A stretch of 63,764 nt of DNA, counting the filler, from Octopus bimaculoides (Eukaryota): the NCBI RefSeq assembly GCF_001194135.2. It is 5 parts of 5 records of this genome, joined end to end, with 100 filler letters (N's around TTAATTAATTAA, not from the genome) between each part and the next. Parts side by side here need not be neighbours in the genome. Positions count along the whole stretch, not along the records: positions 23,566 to 54,086 come from NC_068981.1; 4 more parts are not named here. The stretch is one strand, 5' to 3'. The notes beneath the pieces are model-generated. The model saw only the letters and a list, made by a program, of their open reading frames with translations, did no database searches and had not been told where the DNA came from. Below, piece by piece: positions 23,962 to 38,109 of this stretch. How positions within the stretch are numbered: position 1 is the stretch's first letter; the number at the start of each line of letters is the position of its first letter. Position numbers and translations under genes: made by a program.

Positions 23962-24422
23962 CTGCAGAGTGCCAGGTTCATTTCAGTAAAAGTTTTCTCT
24001 ATGTTCGTATTTTTTGTCACTGAGTCCTCGCCTGAAAATCGTAAGCGCCTGAGACTCGCGGTATGTATGTATGAATGTATGTATGCATGTATGTATGTAT
24101 GTATGTATGTATGAATGTATGTATGTATGAATGTATGTATGTATGTATGTATGTATGAACACGTTCGTTTTCTCTTTTCATTTTAGAGTTAATTTTGATA
24201 GCCACCTACTTGGTAGCAAGGTTGTAAGGGAAATATGTACGTATCTTGAATATCTTTTAAATCTGTAGAAAGTTTTCCAGATTTATATTGTCCCTAATAT
24301 GTTGATTATTTACAAAATTTGAATTAAATAGTTGTTTTCTCTCCCAAAGGACCAAATTCCAGTGGGAAATATTTTTTTTTTTTTTTGCGTGTGTGTGTGT
24401 GTTACGTATGTGTTTGTCTATG

Positions 24423-24464
<42 letters not shown>

Positions 24465-25416
24465 ATTATGAGTATCTTTGATGGTGCATAGTTGTTCTAC
24501 ACTCGACTTTGAAACCCATTAAACAATTACGTGCTAGGAATGTGACTAATTAACTTCTGAAAATTATGCTCTTTTGTCTAACATTCATTGCTCTACAATA
24601 TATCTCTAATTGCTTGTAAATGTATTTTCTCACCTCATTAAATTTAACCGAAATATGTATGAAAAATACGATCTTTTTTTAATTTCAAAATAGGCACAAA
24701 TTTATAGATCACGATGTTTCCTTTAAAGCAGACAATATTTTGGTCATCTAAGCCCTGTTCATAAGGAGTAACATGCGTTAAGTACGTATCTATTACCTCA
24801 CAGCCTTTTTTCATATCTTGTTGCATATCTTGTTTGCTATTTACTTCCTTTAACTTATTTTTATCTCCGACAAAATCAACAACCCAATAACGTGCAAAAC
24901 AATTTTTAACAAATATCATATGAACTTTCAGTACTAAATATTACAGTTGAAATATTGAGGCTCTTCTTTAAGCAATCATATGCTATTATAATTGCAATAT
25001 TCCCTATTTCTTAGTGTCTTTCTAACTTTGATTGATTACCAGAGTCCACAGTTCATCTTTAACAGAGAGGTCATTAAAGTCAATTCTATCATTTCATGTC
25101 TTTCTCTAAATTATTCTTCATCATTATTTGTTGTTGCAGTTTTTAACGAAAGAGTCATTTGTCGATATTTAGTCTGTTCTCACCAAATAAATATTCATAT
25201 TATTAAATAGTAGTTTTCACTACTATATTTTGACTATTGTAGTATGTTTTTATTTCGCTATTTCTCAAGTCTATAGTAATAACGTAATTACTCATCCATT
25301 TGTTTTCTTTTACGGCTTTTCCCAATATAGTAATATTAAAATTTCTACCTAGAACCTTGATTCTCGCATTTAATTCACCAGATGTTAATCAGTTTTTTAT
25401 CATAAAAATATACGTA

Positions 25417-25790
25417 AGGCGGTGAACTGGCAGAATCATTAGCACGCCGGACAAAATGCTTAGCGTTGTCTTTAGGGTCTGAGCCTAAATTTACCCGTCT
25501 TTATGGATTGAGCTCAAAATCCGCAAAGGTCGACTTGCCTTTCATCATTTTGGGGTTGATAAAATAAGTACCATTCGAGCCCCAAAAATTTCTGGCCTTG
25601 TGCCTATGGTAGAAGTGATTGCTATATGTTACCTAGCATTACGAGCTTTCAGGGCGGTTGGCATATCTGATGAAATGCTTAGCAGTTTATTCCGGCGTTT
25701 TACATTCTTAGTGAAGTCCTGTCTCAAGTCAACTTTACTTTTCGCCCTTTCAGTATCAATAAAATAATGTACTAGTCAAGTAGTGGGATC
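25417..25790 (+). mobile_element. SINE family B, full copy plus an adjacent partial copy
   Basis: Starts ggcggtgaactggcagaatcattagcacgccggacaaaatgcttagcg and contains ggtcgacttgcctttcatc...gataaaataagtacc. A second degenerate copy starts at about 25652. Confidence 0.75.
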
Positions 25791-28235
25791 GATCTCGTCG
25801 GCTATTCTCTTTCTCCTCAAAGTTGCTCTACTTGTGCTGAAATTTCCTAGCAGTATAATAAACTTACGTTTAATTTTATATAGATTATTTAGTATTACCT
25901 TCTTATCATACTTTTGTAGAAGTTTAATATTTTTCCTCTCCTCTTCTTCTCCCTCTTTCAAATGTGTTCTGCATTTTCTGCATCAATCAATTAAAAACAT
26001 TTTTTTGAAAAGTAGTTTAGTCTATAATCGTTGTAAAATGAACTGTATTCAGTTTTGGTTTTCTCTGAGCAATTTGCATGAAGTAAAGTGTTCGTTTAAT
26101 ATCGCATTGTGTTCTCAGTTGACTCTTTTATGTAAGGTTTTTCTTTCGCTGAACTAAACCGTTGGATAATAAATTGATATTACTTCTTTTTTATTACTAG
26201 TTACTGAATTAATATTTGCTGCCACAGGATTTAAAAACTCACGACATAGCGATTGTTGCGAACAGAAAATATAGCGGTGAAACAAATAGGGCTATGCTTG
26301 TTTTGCATATTCCTTTATCATTCGAGATTCATCATTCTATACGAATGTATGTACGTATGTACGTTTGTATGTATGTAATTATGCATAGCTGTGAGTATAT
26401 ATGTGTGTGTGTGAGTGTGTGTGCACATACTATCAGACACACACGCATGCAGACACACACATATCACTAACAACGTGTCATTTCTTAAATTGCGAAACAT
26501 GAATATTTATCGTAGGCTTAACATTTTGGCAAACGGTATATATCTTTATAAAACTTGAATGCTTAACTTTATTAAACGTTAAACCAGTTGAAAATTGATT
26601 TTCTTTATGCATTTAGCTTACGTACAAATTTAAGGGAAAATGCTGTACACATAAAATATATTCCCATGTAGAGGACTGAAAAATATAATCCATCATAAAG
26701 TATATTATGTGGTAATATAATCGACTTCATGCGAATATTAGAAGCAATATATTTATAGAGATATATATCTTCTGCCACGACAATCATCAGACGATGATGG
26801 ACCCGTTAAATTTTCCTCAATTTCATTTCCTATATCGCTGGATGCTACATCTTTGGAATAAATATTTCAAGGTTAGACAATAATTAAAGATATGCTCTTG
26901 CGCTTACATGATGTTGAACATAAAATTAGCAAATCAAATACGCTGCTCAAAATATACTTGGGTGATGAAACAGTAAAACAGATCAAGCATATCCAAACAG
27001 GCAATAAAAGAAAACAATTTTTTTCCATGGTCAAGAAAGAAAGAACAACTTACGAATTTTCATTTATTTTTACATAATATTTTATTTTCATAATTTTATT
27101 TCATGTACTTCTTCTCTTTTTCTTTCAAAATATTTACGGACTAAGAGATGCACATATGATTCTTATGGAAATGTCTCTGCACAGATAGATTCAGATGAGT
27201 AGCACATTTTTAGTTTTCTTCCAACATAAATATACGTATCCCTTGTTAGTAGCGAAACAACTAAGTAAATCAGTATTTTCTTAGCGTTGTAAAGGGAATA
27301 ATTTATTTTTAGTCGCTAGTAATAAAGAATAAATATCGTAGAGCAAGTCCTTTCCTACATAAATATTATTTTAACTTTATATCACTCTCATTTCTTTATG
27401 TAAACAACACAAAGAAATAAGGAAAATATTATATAGAAAAGCAATTTTGGTAAATGAATAGAAAAAAAGTGTAGTACTAGTAATCATTAAGTCTATCACA
27501 TTCAGGTTTAGGAAGATATAACATTAGGACGTAGAAGATAGTATATTTCTTTACACTAAGCACTGCATACAACCTAAAGCATCCAATAAGATAAATTACA
27601 TTCACCTGTTTAATACACATAAACTGACTCCGGAAATAAAGATAGGGATATACATTCCCGATTCTCTGCAAAAGCGGAAAAGCGATCTTCACAGCTAATT
27701 TATGCCACGTTAGCTATATGCTTCTCCATTCTGTTAAAAAACAGTAGCGTGTTATTTAGAGAGGCTAAATCTTAGCTAAGACATGTCCAAGAGGGTCAGT
27801 GCAATAATATTAATTAGCTGAACATAAAAGTTTTTCATTACACTAAACACAGAAAACTAATACAAGTATTCACAAGAACATTTATTCTAAACACATCCGT
27901 AAATGCAAATGAAACCAGACCAATAGCCATTTAAGCACTGTACAAATCCAACCCGACAAACTAAAATATTCAATTAAGAACATAGTAATCCATATAGGTT
28001 GTTATTTCGTTTTCTGTGATATGCCCAATTTGTAAAAGCGAGGGTAGAACACAAAAATAAATTCGGTGAATTAATCACAGATTATTTTAGAAGCACTCAA
28101 AGAATGAGGATCCCTTGGCAACGATTTGATTAGCTACATCTGTTTCAGGTGACACATCTGTTTCAAGTGACACAGCTAATTGATATACATTTGATCCCTC
28201 TTTTGGTCTACTAAGATACTATTGAAAGAGAGAAA

Positions 28236-28577
28236 TTAAGTGCCATTCTGTTCTTATCAAAGCCAGCATGCCTCTGCCAAAACTATAGTATTTGTAATAA
28301 ACAGGATATGTTTCATAGTAGTAAATCTAAGCAGACTGATTACTATTTAGTCGATCAGAAGACCAGTCAAACAGAAACATATCACTGCTGAATACCGTTA
28401 TACTAAGAATATTTGATAAACATATCTCCTCCTCGTTTATTTGACTGGGGTACGGGTCACTAAAGTAGTAGCCACCCTACTTGAGTTTACTACTATGAAA
28501 AATATCGCGCTTTATTACGAGGTAATATAGTTTTGGCAGTGGCATTTTGGCTTTGATAAGAATGGAATGGCACTTAA
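28236..28577. repeat. Imperfect inverted repeat (about 65-bp arms), old MITE-like element
   Basis: 28236-28300 pairs with 28512-28577 (ttaagtgccattc...ttcttatcaaagcca...ctgccaaaactata). Confidence 0.75.
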
Positions 28578-29724
28578 CACTTATCCTTCTGTATCATTTT
28601 AGTTGATCAAATGTGGGATCGGATGCGCATTCAACTAGTTGTGTTAGTCTTTTTGAAACAAGTGTAGCTAATTAGATCATTGAAAATATATCTCCATCCT
28701 GTGTTAACACGCACACAATTGTAGAAACACACACACACACACAAATATCTCTCTCACNNNNNNNNNNNNNNNNNNNNNNNNNNNNNNNNNNNNNNNNNNN
28801 NNNNNNNNNNNNNNNNNNNNNNNNNNNNNNNNNNNNNNNNNNNNNNNNNNNNNNNNNNNNNNNNNNNNNNNNNNNNNNNNNNNNNNNNNNNNNNNNNNNN
28901 NNTATATATATATATATATATATATATGTACATATACACATATATATTGTCGAATAATATTGACTCAATATAATCAAGTTTCCTTGATTACTATGCATAC
29001 TCAGTCCATATCCAAACTGTGAATGTAATGGAAACATTGAAGATATTAACTCTTTCAGATTTTAATTTGTACCTGATGCAAATATGAGTTAACAGTTAAC
29101 ACCAACACGCTCAAATCTTCAGTCTCTTTGACGCTTATACACGTTGCTCCGAAGTTTTGTTATGTATAAGAATACCATTCGTCCTTCAGATACCGATATA
29201 TAAATGTAAATTTCGATCACAAAATACAGCAGTAAGTTTATTATCAAAATTTTAAAAGAAATGTGCTCCAGCATAGCAATTATCTATTGACTGAAATAAC
29301 TGAAAGAGTATACGAATAAAATAATCGCACCATATGTACATATTAATCATGGAGCTACGTTCTTTATATATTTGCTGTATCGACGCCCCCGTACGATGAA
29401 GTAGGCTAGCCCAATACGTAGATATAGAGGGAGATGTCCAGACGTCGGGGTAGTTCAGTAGAGGTCATCCGGACGTGCGATATAACAGTGGCGACGAGGA
29501 TGAGATGCTCACACAGCCACTGTGTACTATTGCGAAATAACATTATTCAACTTAGGATATGCTACATTGCATACGTGTTTATACGTATAGAGAAATACAA
29601 CCGAAAGTGTGTTTTGAGTACTGGATTCATACAAACATGACCTCGTCTGTTTGTATTGACATTAGTTAAGTACCTATATGTATGCCCGTTGGTAGCTTTT
29701 ATCTTTAACTCGTGACATTTATTA

Positions 29725-30135
29725 GATCACAGAGTTGCTGGAGCACCGCTCTGAAAGGGTTTTAATCGAATGAATAGAGCCCACTACTTATTTTATACAG
29801 TCTGGGACTTAATCTATCGGCTTCAGTTGCTGAACAGTTATGTCGACGGAGACAAACAATCACCGGTTGTCAAGTGGTAGTGGTGGTGGGACAAACACAA
29901 GCACAGACACACACAGACACTCAGACGCACATACACCTATATATAGACATGCACGTATACATATACACACATGCATACATAGATGCATGCATACATAGAT
30001 GCATACATGCATACATTCATACACGCATACACACACACACACATACACACACGACGGTCGTCCTTCAGTTTTCGTCTAGCAAATGCATCACGAGGCTTTG
30101 GTCGACACAGGGCTATAGTAAACACTGCTCCCCCC
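29725..30135 (-). mobile_element. SINE family A, degenerate, with internal CA/TACA tract
   Basis: gctggagcaccgc...caccggttgtcaag, then microsatellite, then cttcagttttcgtctagcaaat...gctatagta. Confidence 0.7.
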
Positions 30136-33004
30136 CCCATACACACACATGGTAGAAAACACTTTGACCATTATAACGAATATACACCCGAAGGTATATC
30201 TTGAGTACTGGATTTATCAAGCCCTCACCAATGGTACAACCATTTCTTATTTTCCTCCTGTTCCCGTCAGTTAACTACTTACAAGTGTGCCTGTATGTCT
30301 ATGTACATATGTTGTCGAGAAGTTCATTTACACTTGTACATATAAAAGCACAACTGGAAACCTTCTTATTGATTTTATATCAAATCGCATACTCGATCTG
30401 AAGTTTTGTATTGTTATTGTCATACATGGAGATGTATTAATGTTCTAAAATTACATTAGACAGGGCTCAACTGTTAATTGTGTAGTAGTGTTAATTGTGA
30501 GTCATTAGAATAATATTTATTGGTGAAATTATATATAGCTGTTATTTAAGCCCGACTCATTTTACATTGGCTACATAAATATTTCAGATAAAGCATATTG
30601 TTATCAAAGAGTAGTAACTTACACACATATTGATAAACGCGGATGCACATGTTCTCAGTAATTATGCATCCCCAAAGCTACTTATGTACGTAGATGTGTG
30701 TATATATATATACATATATATATATATANNNNNNNNNNNNNNNNNNNNNNNNNNNNNNNNNNNNNNNNNNNNNNNNNNNNNNNNNNNNNNNNNNNNNNNN
30801 NNNNNNNNNNNNNNNNNNNNNNNNNNNNNNNNNNNNNNNNNNNNNNNNNNNNNNNNNNNNNNNNNNNNNNNNNNNNNNATATATACATGTTTGTATAGAA
30901 GTGTGTGTGTGTGTGTGTGTGTGTGTGCGGATGTGTGTACAAAACAGATGCACACATATACATAAAAAACACAAATATATTCAATGTCAAATGGTTACTT
31001 ATTTGTACATGTGCATTCATAAGCATGTTTGAAAATTTACAGTTATAAGAGGAAGTAGACAATTTATAGATTTGAATATAGTTATTTTGCAGGAAAAAAT
31101 TATTACAGTTAACAAATTTTTGCTTCAAAATATAACATGGTGAAGGAAATAAAGTAATGATGGATGCTCATCTAAATTTATTGCCGATTCGGACTTCGTA
31201 CGGTCATAAACAGAGACCAGTTAACCATGGGTAGCACATTATTGAGAATGCATGAGCTGAGTAATATACAATAGAAAGACCATTGAAGTTACAAAACGCT
31301 CATCCATTTATGTGCCTCCGCCGAAAATAATTATAGATATTATCTTACACCCAATGCGGTTGTACGTGCACACATACATACATACATACAAACATATATA
31401 CATGCACACATTCATATTTAACACGTATATAACAAGTGTGTGCGTTTATTTGCGTTAATGAGTCAAATGATGCTAATACCTACTGGCTTTATATTTGTTC
31501 ACATTCTAATTATATTGGATAAAAAAAGAGAAACACTTCTAACTTACAAATTTAATTAGCCAATAATATAATATGTGAGTGTGTGCGTATCTGTGTGAGT
31601 GTATATATATATATATATATATATATNNNNNNNNNNNNNNNNNNNNNNNNNNNNNNNNNNNNNNNNNNNNNNNNNNNNNNNNNNNNNNNNNNNNNNNNNN
31701 NNNNNNNNNNNNNNNNNNNNNNNNNNNNNNNNNNNNNNNNNNNNNNNNNNNNNNNNNNNNNNNNNNNNNNNNNNNNNNNNNNNNNNNNNNNNNNNNNNNN
31801 NNNNNNNNNNNNNNNNNNNNNNNNNNNNNNNNNNNNNNNNNNNNNNNNNNNNNNNNNNNNNNNNNNNNNNNNNNNNNNNNNNNNNNNNNNNNNNNNNNNN
31901 NNNNNNNNNNNNNNNNNNNNNNNNNNNNNNNNNNNNNNNNNNNNNNNNNNNNNNNNNNNNNNNNNNNNNNNNNNNNNNNNNNNNNNNNNNNNNNNNNNNN
32001 NNNNNNNNNNNNNNNNNNNNNNNNNNNNNNNNNNNNNNNNNNNNNNNNNNNNNNNNNNNNNNNNNNNNNNNNNNNNNNNNNNNNNNNNNNNNNNNNNNNN
32101 NNNNNNNNNNNNNNNNNNNNNNNNNNNNNNNNNNNNNNNNNNNNNNNNNNNNNNNNNNNNNNNNNNNNNNNNNNNNNNNNNNNNNNNNNNNNNNNNNNNN
32201 NNNNNNNNNNNNNNNNNNNNNNNNNNNNNNNNNNNNNNNNNNNNNNNNNNNNNNNNNNNNNNNNNNNNNNNNNNNNNNNNNATATATATATATATATATT
32301 TCTATATATATATATATATATATAGGTATATGTATATATATATATATATACATATTTATATATCTAGGTATACATTCATGCAGACGTTCATGCACACACA
32401 TGTACACATAAGCACACATATGTACAATCATAAACACATAGATGTAAAAATTGTATATTTACAAAATGTGTGCTTACTGAACTAAACGATGATTTAAGAT
32501 AAAAGCTAGGAATGTTAATTAATATATTACCCAGATAAAAGCTGAGAATATTAATTGATATATACCTAAGAAGTATTTATCCTGGGAAACACACAGGTTT
32601 ATCAATTATTAATAACGGCTATAATTATTAATATACCTTAGAAGGATATTATTATTTTCGGTTTGTTTCTATCCTTATAGCTATAATTTATAGCCTGATA
32701 TTCTCATAGATAATATATTTTAATACAGACAATGGATTTATATATTTAGCGTGAATCCTCAGAAATACGGATGCAATTTATACAACTTAATAATTCATTA
32801 TTATCCTAGGGATGTGTGTTGGCACAATAGATAGGCCATCCAGAGGGAACATTGACCCACGGTAATGCTACTGTTCTTCACATTCTGCATTTAAATAATC
32901 GTGATGTCAACTTTGATTTTTATCCTTTTGTAATCTATAAAATCAAGTACAACTCATTTTCTGAGTTCGACACGGCTATGAAATACATTAATTTGTATTC
33001 ATAA

Positions 33005-33140
33005 ATGTCTTTCTGATTTGGTACAAGGCCTGCACTTTAGAGCGGAAAGGTGAGTCTATTACCTCAACCTCAGTATTCAGTTTATACTTAATTTATCGAC
33101 TTCGAAAGAATGAAAAGCAAAGTTGACTTCGGCGGAATTT
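33005..33140 (-). mobile_element. SINE family B, partial
   Basis: atttatcgacttcgaaagaatgaaaagcaaagttgacttcggcggaattt matches the family B core. Confidence 0.65.
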
Positions 33141-35204
33141 TTTTTATAAGTTAGTGAACAATCTAACGCTAAAGAGGTAACATACTTTCACTAAAACCTT
33201 TAATTTTTCAATAGTATAACCTGGACAGCAATGATGTATCTTAAAAAGGAGTTCTAATAATTTTTCTTCGAAGGTTTAATTCCTTGTTGCTAAAGTTTAA
33301 GGCTCTTGTTTGAAAGGTTGTGGGTTCCATATTTAGATGGGCAGTGTCTTTCCTCCCTGAGCAAGTCATTTCATTTCGAGTTGCTTGTGTTTAGTTATCA
33401 GAACTTGAATATCATCTGATCATGCACCTCTCCTAACAGTAATCATATCAACAGTGTTCCGCAGTCTCAAGGATGGGCCTGAGGGTCTTCACGCATGCTC
33501 TCGACTAAGCACTTAACACAACCTAACACATGAGTAATAATGTACCACCTACCAGCTCATCCGGGTTTGCGAGTGAGATTTAAGCTTATAATTTAAAAAC
33601 TGTAAACGACTAGTTTTGGCGATTGATTAATTAATATGCATGTCCATTTGCTCTAGCGGGCCCACCGTATGGCCATACTGCTTACACCTATGTAACAAAA
33701 TTAAATTTTCAAAGTAAGCGGTGGCACTCATTTATGTCATGTTGCCGACCTTATATGATATAGTCATAATTAATCTATTATATCATTGTTCTAATTCTTC
33801 TAAGATTACAAAAAGGAAAACATATATTTACAACGAAGAAGTAGAGGTGATCGGATCAATATACACATATATCTACTTTTTGAAGTTATTGACATCTGAC
33901 ATAGAGATTAATGTACCTGACCTAAACGCTCCGCAGTTTACCTGCAATTTTAAGAATATGGGGGCACAATAGATATGCATATATACCTACATCCATATAT
34001 ATACATGCACGCTTGCAAACAGACAGATACACAGACAGACACACGCATAGACACACATGAACACATACACACACACATATATATTTATAATATACGACTG
34101 CATTTAATTATTGATTATTTTTATTTATTTATTTATTTATTTGCATTAACTCAGCTACATAAAAATGTAGCATGATAGAATGAGAGATCTGCGTTTATTC
34201 CTCCAGCAACAAATTCACTTTCGAGAATTTTCCAGAACTAGTAATCAAAGCAATGACATAAACTTGGCTCCGCATGAAATGAAATTACCCTCTGATCTTT
34301 GAACACAAGTCTTAACGATTCACTGGAGAAAATGAAAAGCTTTCTTGTTACGATTATTATTCTAAGATTCGGTTATCGCATTAATCTGTTTCCAAGGATC
34401 GTTACTGATGTAAGTGAATTGAATGGGATTCAAGCATGAATCGAAACCATTCCGACATTTTAACTCTTCCATATATTACCTTTTCCACTACGATGCTCGC
34501 TAATGTTTTACAAATTTAGCATAATAGTGAGTACCTAGCTTATTACTTTCGAAGTTATCTCGTAGTTGTGTTTATTTATCTGTTTAATGCATGTATAAAT
34601 AAATACACACAGAATCACCTTTATTCAAATGCTAAAAATCAACTCTACACATACATACGGTGGTGAGAAAAATGCATGTGCATGCGTGTGTGTGTGTTGG
34701 TGTGTATATGTGCGTAAGTTTGTGTCTGAGAATGATTTGTTAGATAGAAACGCAATGCGTATATTTGGTGAATAAGGTGTCAATCTCCCATGTCCCTTGA
34801 GCCTAGAGTTCGTATACCCTTAATGCCTGTATTCAAAACTGCCTGGAAATTTACCAACAATAACGTGACTAGCTATCTGGTCGGTTCTTGTTTTACTTGC
34901 ATGAATATTTGAGTTCAAATCTCATAGGATTTTTAAAACTACGAACCACAAATGGAAATAAATAAATATTTAATTACCTCCTTTAAACTTATATGATTTA
35001 TGATAAGAGTAATTTTCGTGACCGATCATATTCAACCAATCCGTTTCGGTTCAACAGAAGTTTGATTTCTGCAAATATTGAACTTGTATGATGATGATCA
35101 TGCATATTTCGAATATCATTGAAAAAAACTTATTGCAGCAACAAAGAAACGACCTCTATTTTCGCATTTTTAAATACAATATGTTATAAGGTATATAGAT
35201 ATTG

Positions 35205-35360
35205 GGGATAGCTTGTAATCTAGTGGTTAGAGTGTTTGGCTAACGATAGTAAAGTCATGGGTTTCAATTCTTAAATCAGACAGTATGTATTGTCTTTGAT
35301 GAAGATGCAGTATTTCACATTGCCCTGGTCTACTCATCTGTAAATAAGTACTAGATAAGC
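35205..35360 (+). mobile_element. Old tRNA-derived SINE remnant
   Basis: A-box-like tagtggttag, B-box-like gggtttcaattc, then ttcacattgcc...ctactcatctgtaaataagtac. Confidence 0.5.
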
Positions 35361-35599
35361 TCCGGCTCATCTCAGTATTTCCCCTACTCTCACATTCTGT
35401 AAGTGTCGCTCGATCAAAGGATGGGGGAGTTGAAAAAGTGCATTTGTCTTCTCACGAAATTACAAGTACCTAAAACTATTATGGAAAGCATGGGACATGC
35501 TATATAAGTTTGCATGTATCTATCCCGAAGCATGTTATCTGAGTGACAAAAGGAAAAAAAAAAATCACTTATATTCATTTTTCTAGGTGACTGGATCCA

Positions 35600-36290
35600 A
35601 CCTTGATACAAGAGAGTAGCAGTTACATACATCTTAGGTTGAAAAGAAAGGCTAAACAGGGTCAAGTGAGTAAGCAAGGTAGGTGTGATGTAACCCTTCC
35701 CATACATTTGTGTTACAGTATTTGAGGCAACGAAGCTCAACGTCAGGATCAGGGATGTTGGTAAAATGTTGACCCTCGGTTCGTCATCTTCGGAGTCCTG
35801 AGGTTACAAGCACTAAATTAACTCTCGTTCTCAGCTTCGAATCGGGTACTTCTCTGTAATTGTGGTGAGTTTTTTGTCGAATTATTGTACGTTCATTAAT
35901 TTGTTAGTCGGTATTGGTCATGTAAGGTTTTATTTTACCTTCTTTTTAGCATTTTCTAAGCTGCTTTAGTCTTTACAATTTTTTCTTCTACTGATAAATA
36001 TCTGTCACCATTTAAACATGCTTTGTATTTTGTCGGCTTCCACGTAGGCAGCAAACAGTCTTTTTGGTTTTCACGTGATTTGTAGCAATTTGTATTTCTA
36101 TCCAGGATCTGAAACTAAATATTGTAATTGTCTTACAGTACACATTTCATAATACTTTTCTAGTTACATAAAGCTTCCAAGTCGAAGTATGCCTTGAGCA
36201 TTCCAAGTTATATTTTGAAATATGCATTCTGAATACAGTCAATATTATTCTTCCCATTCCTGTAGATTCCTTCCTTCATCTAGAATCTTA
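35600..36290 (-). mobile_element. Possible highly degenerate LINE endonuclease region
   Basis: NITWNAQGILRLGSF resembles the APE N-terminal TWNV motif; otherwise heavily broken. Confidence 0.3.
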
Positions 36291-36815
36291 TAATAATAAT
36301 AATCTATATTAAGGAGTATTGCGGATTTGATACTTGATACCTCATTGTTGTTTTATTTTTTATTAACTATGATTTTATTAATGCAATGCATGTATTGTAT
36401 AATCTTAACTCTTAATATATTCTTTCATCTGTGATTTGTGCATCACATAATCTTACAAAATCGCGCGCACACACATACATACATACATACATACATACAT
36501 ACATACGTACGTACATATATACACCACCAAAAATAAAACTGATGTGGATTCTCGAAATCCAATATACTACTGGCACAATGAAGATGTGTAGGGCATTCCA
36601 AAAATTCTCCATCTAAAATTATTATATGAATAGATGCGCATGTTGAACCAATAGGCCAACGCAGCCAGATATTTATGAACACCGTGAACTCTCTTAACTC
36701 TAAGCGTCTAGTCGCTTTGTTAGCGACCGGCTTGAACTCACTCAAGAAAAAGCTTAAATTAAACTCAAAGAAAGATCATACATACATAAAATCATACTTA
36801 AATATACTTATGTAT

Positions 36816-37124
36816 TTTATTTATTTATTAGCGCACTTTTAAAGCCTAGCCAGACTCATGGACCCGGTTTCCCGATTTCTATGGCGTATGCGTCCCCCCC
36901 CCCAGCTGGACAGGACGCCAGTCTATCGCAGCTTTACTCAAGAAGCAGGAAGAAAGAGTGAAAGAAAGTTGGGGCAAAAGAGTACAACGGGGGTCACCAC
37001 CACACCCTGCCGGGGCTTTAGGTGTTTTCGCTCAATAAACACACCCAACGCCCGGTCTAGGAATCGAAACCGTAATCCTCTGATCGCGAGTCCACTGCCC
37101 TAACCACCGGGCCATTGCGCCTCC
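36816..37124 (-). mobile_element. tRNA-derived SINE family C, well preserved
   Basis: RC starts GGAGGCGCAATGGCCCGGTGGTTAGGG (A box) ...GGTTTCGATTCC (B box) and ends in an (AAAT)n tail. Confidence 0.85.
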
Positions 37125-37896
37125 ATGCTTATGTATACGACTAATTATATATTTTTGTATATTTTCATTTGTCTTGCCTGTTCATGTTCTGGTGTGCGCT
37201 GAACTTCCCTAGAGAACATTCTTTTCTTTTGTGGTTTGACCATTGATAGTCAATTTGTAGCGTACAGCATGTCCACTTAGTGGTCATCCCTTCTCACATG
37301 TATACTTATGTATATGTAACTGTATGTTTGCGCGCGTGTATGTATGGATATATGGATATATATATATATATATATATATATANNNNNNNNNNNNNNNNNN
37401 NNNNNNNNNNNNNNNNNNNNNNNNNNNNNNNNNNNNNNNNNNNNNNNNNNNNNNNNNNNNNNNNNNNNNNNNNNNNNNNNNNNNNNNNNNNNNNNNNNNN
37501 NNNNNNNNNNNNNNNNNNNNNNNNNNNNNNNNNNNNNNNNNNNNNNNNNNNNNNNNNNNNNNNNNNNNNNNNNNNNNNNNNNNNNNNNNNNNNNNNNNNN
37601 NNNNNNNNNNNNNNNNNNNNNNNNNNNNNNNNNNNNNNNNNNNNNNAGGAGGAGGAGGAGGAGGAGGAGGAGGATCTGCCGTGGTGTGTTACGAGGTTGC
37701 TGTCCTCGATTTCTCTTATGTATATTGGGAATCATGTGTATGTGTGTGAGAGAGAGAGAGAAAGAGAGATAGAGATAGGAAGAGAGAAAGAGAGAGGGAG
37801 ACAGAGAGAGAGAGAAGGAGATTTTCTAATAATATTTATTCTACATTATTTACATTATTTACAATTAATGGATATTTGTCCTCATATTGTTTGCTG

Positions 37897-37941
37897 ATGA
37901 CAACGTTTCGGCTGATATATCCTCAGCGTTCATCAGGTGTC
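37897..37941 (-). ncRNA. Hammerhead motif, canonical core but weakened stems
   Basis: RC GACAC-CTGATGA-A-CGCTG-loop-CAGCC-GAA-ACGT-T-GTCAT. C-C mismatch at the base of stem II; stem I broken. Confidence 0.55.
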
Positions 37942-38063
37942 ATGGGGAAATTTCAAACCTGAGTTCGCATTCCTAAGGTAGCCCACACTCTTAACCACCA
38001 CGCCATAATAATAACATCGAAAAATACCTTAGGAATGAGAACCCAGTTTCGAAATTTACCCAA

Positions 38064-38109
38064 GATACCTAATGAAGGCTAGAGGGTATATCAGCCGAAA
38101 CGTTGTGTT
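38064..38109 (+). ncRNA. Hammerhead motif with mutated core, probably inactive
   Basis: GATAC-CTAATGA (G5 to A)-A-GGCTA-loop-CAGCC-GAA-ACGT-T-GTGTT. Confidence 0.55.

Noticed and set aside
24020-24066. 36-nt exon-like SSPENRKRLRLA
   Set aside because: Non-typical GAG acceptor, and the donor is just the start of a (TATG)n microsatellite.
26892-27077. Plus ORF MLLRLHDVEHK... (also the open stretch at about 27537-27710 and the minus ORF 24644-24919)
   Set aside because: No recognisable domain and no consistent splice-site pairs.
13018-28170. Small tandem duplications (17-mers at about 13018-13056 and 15400-15448; 28129-28166)
   Set aside because: Ordinary slippage products; no spacer structure, so not CRISPR-like.
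36990-37124. tRNA gene at the A/B-box-containing segment (likewise 35205-35270 and the SINE A heads)
   Set aside because: No complete cloverleaf; each continues into a SINE body and tail.
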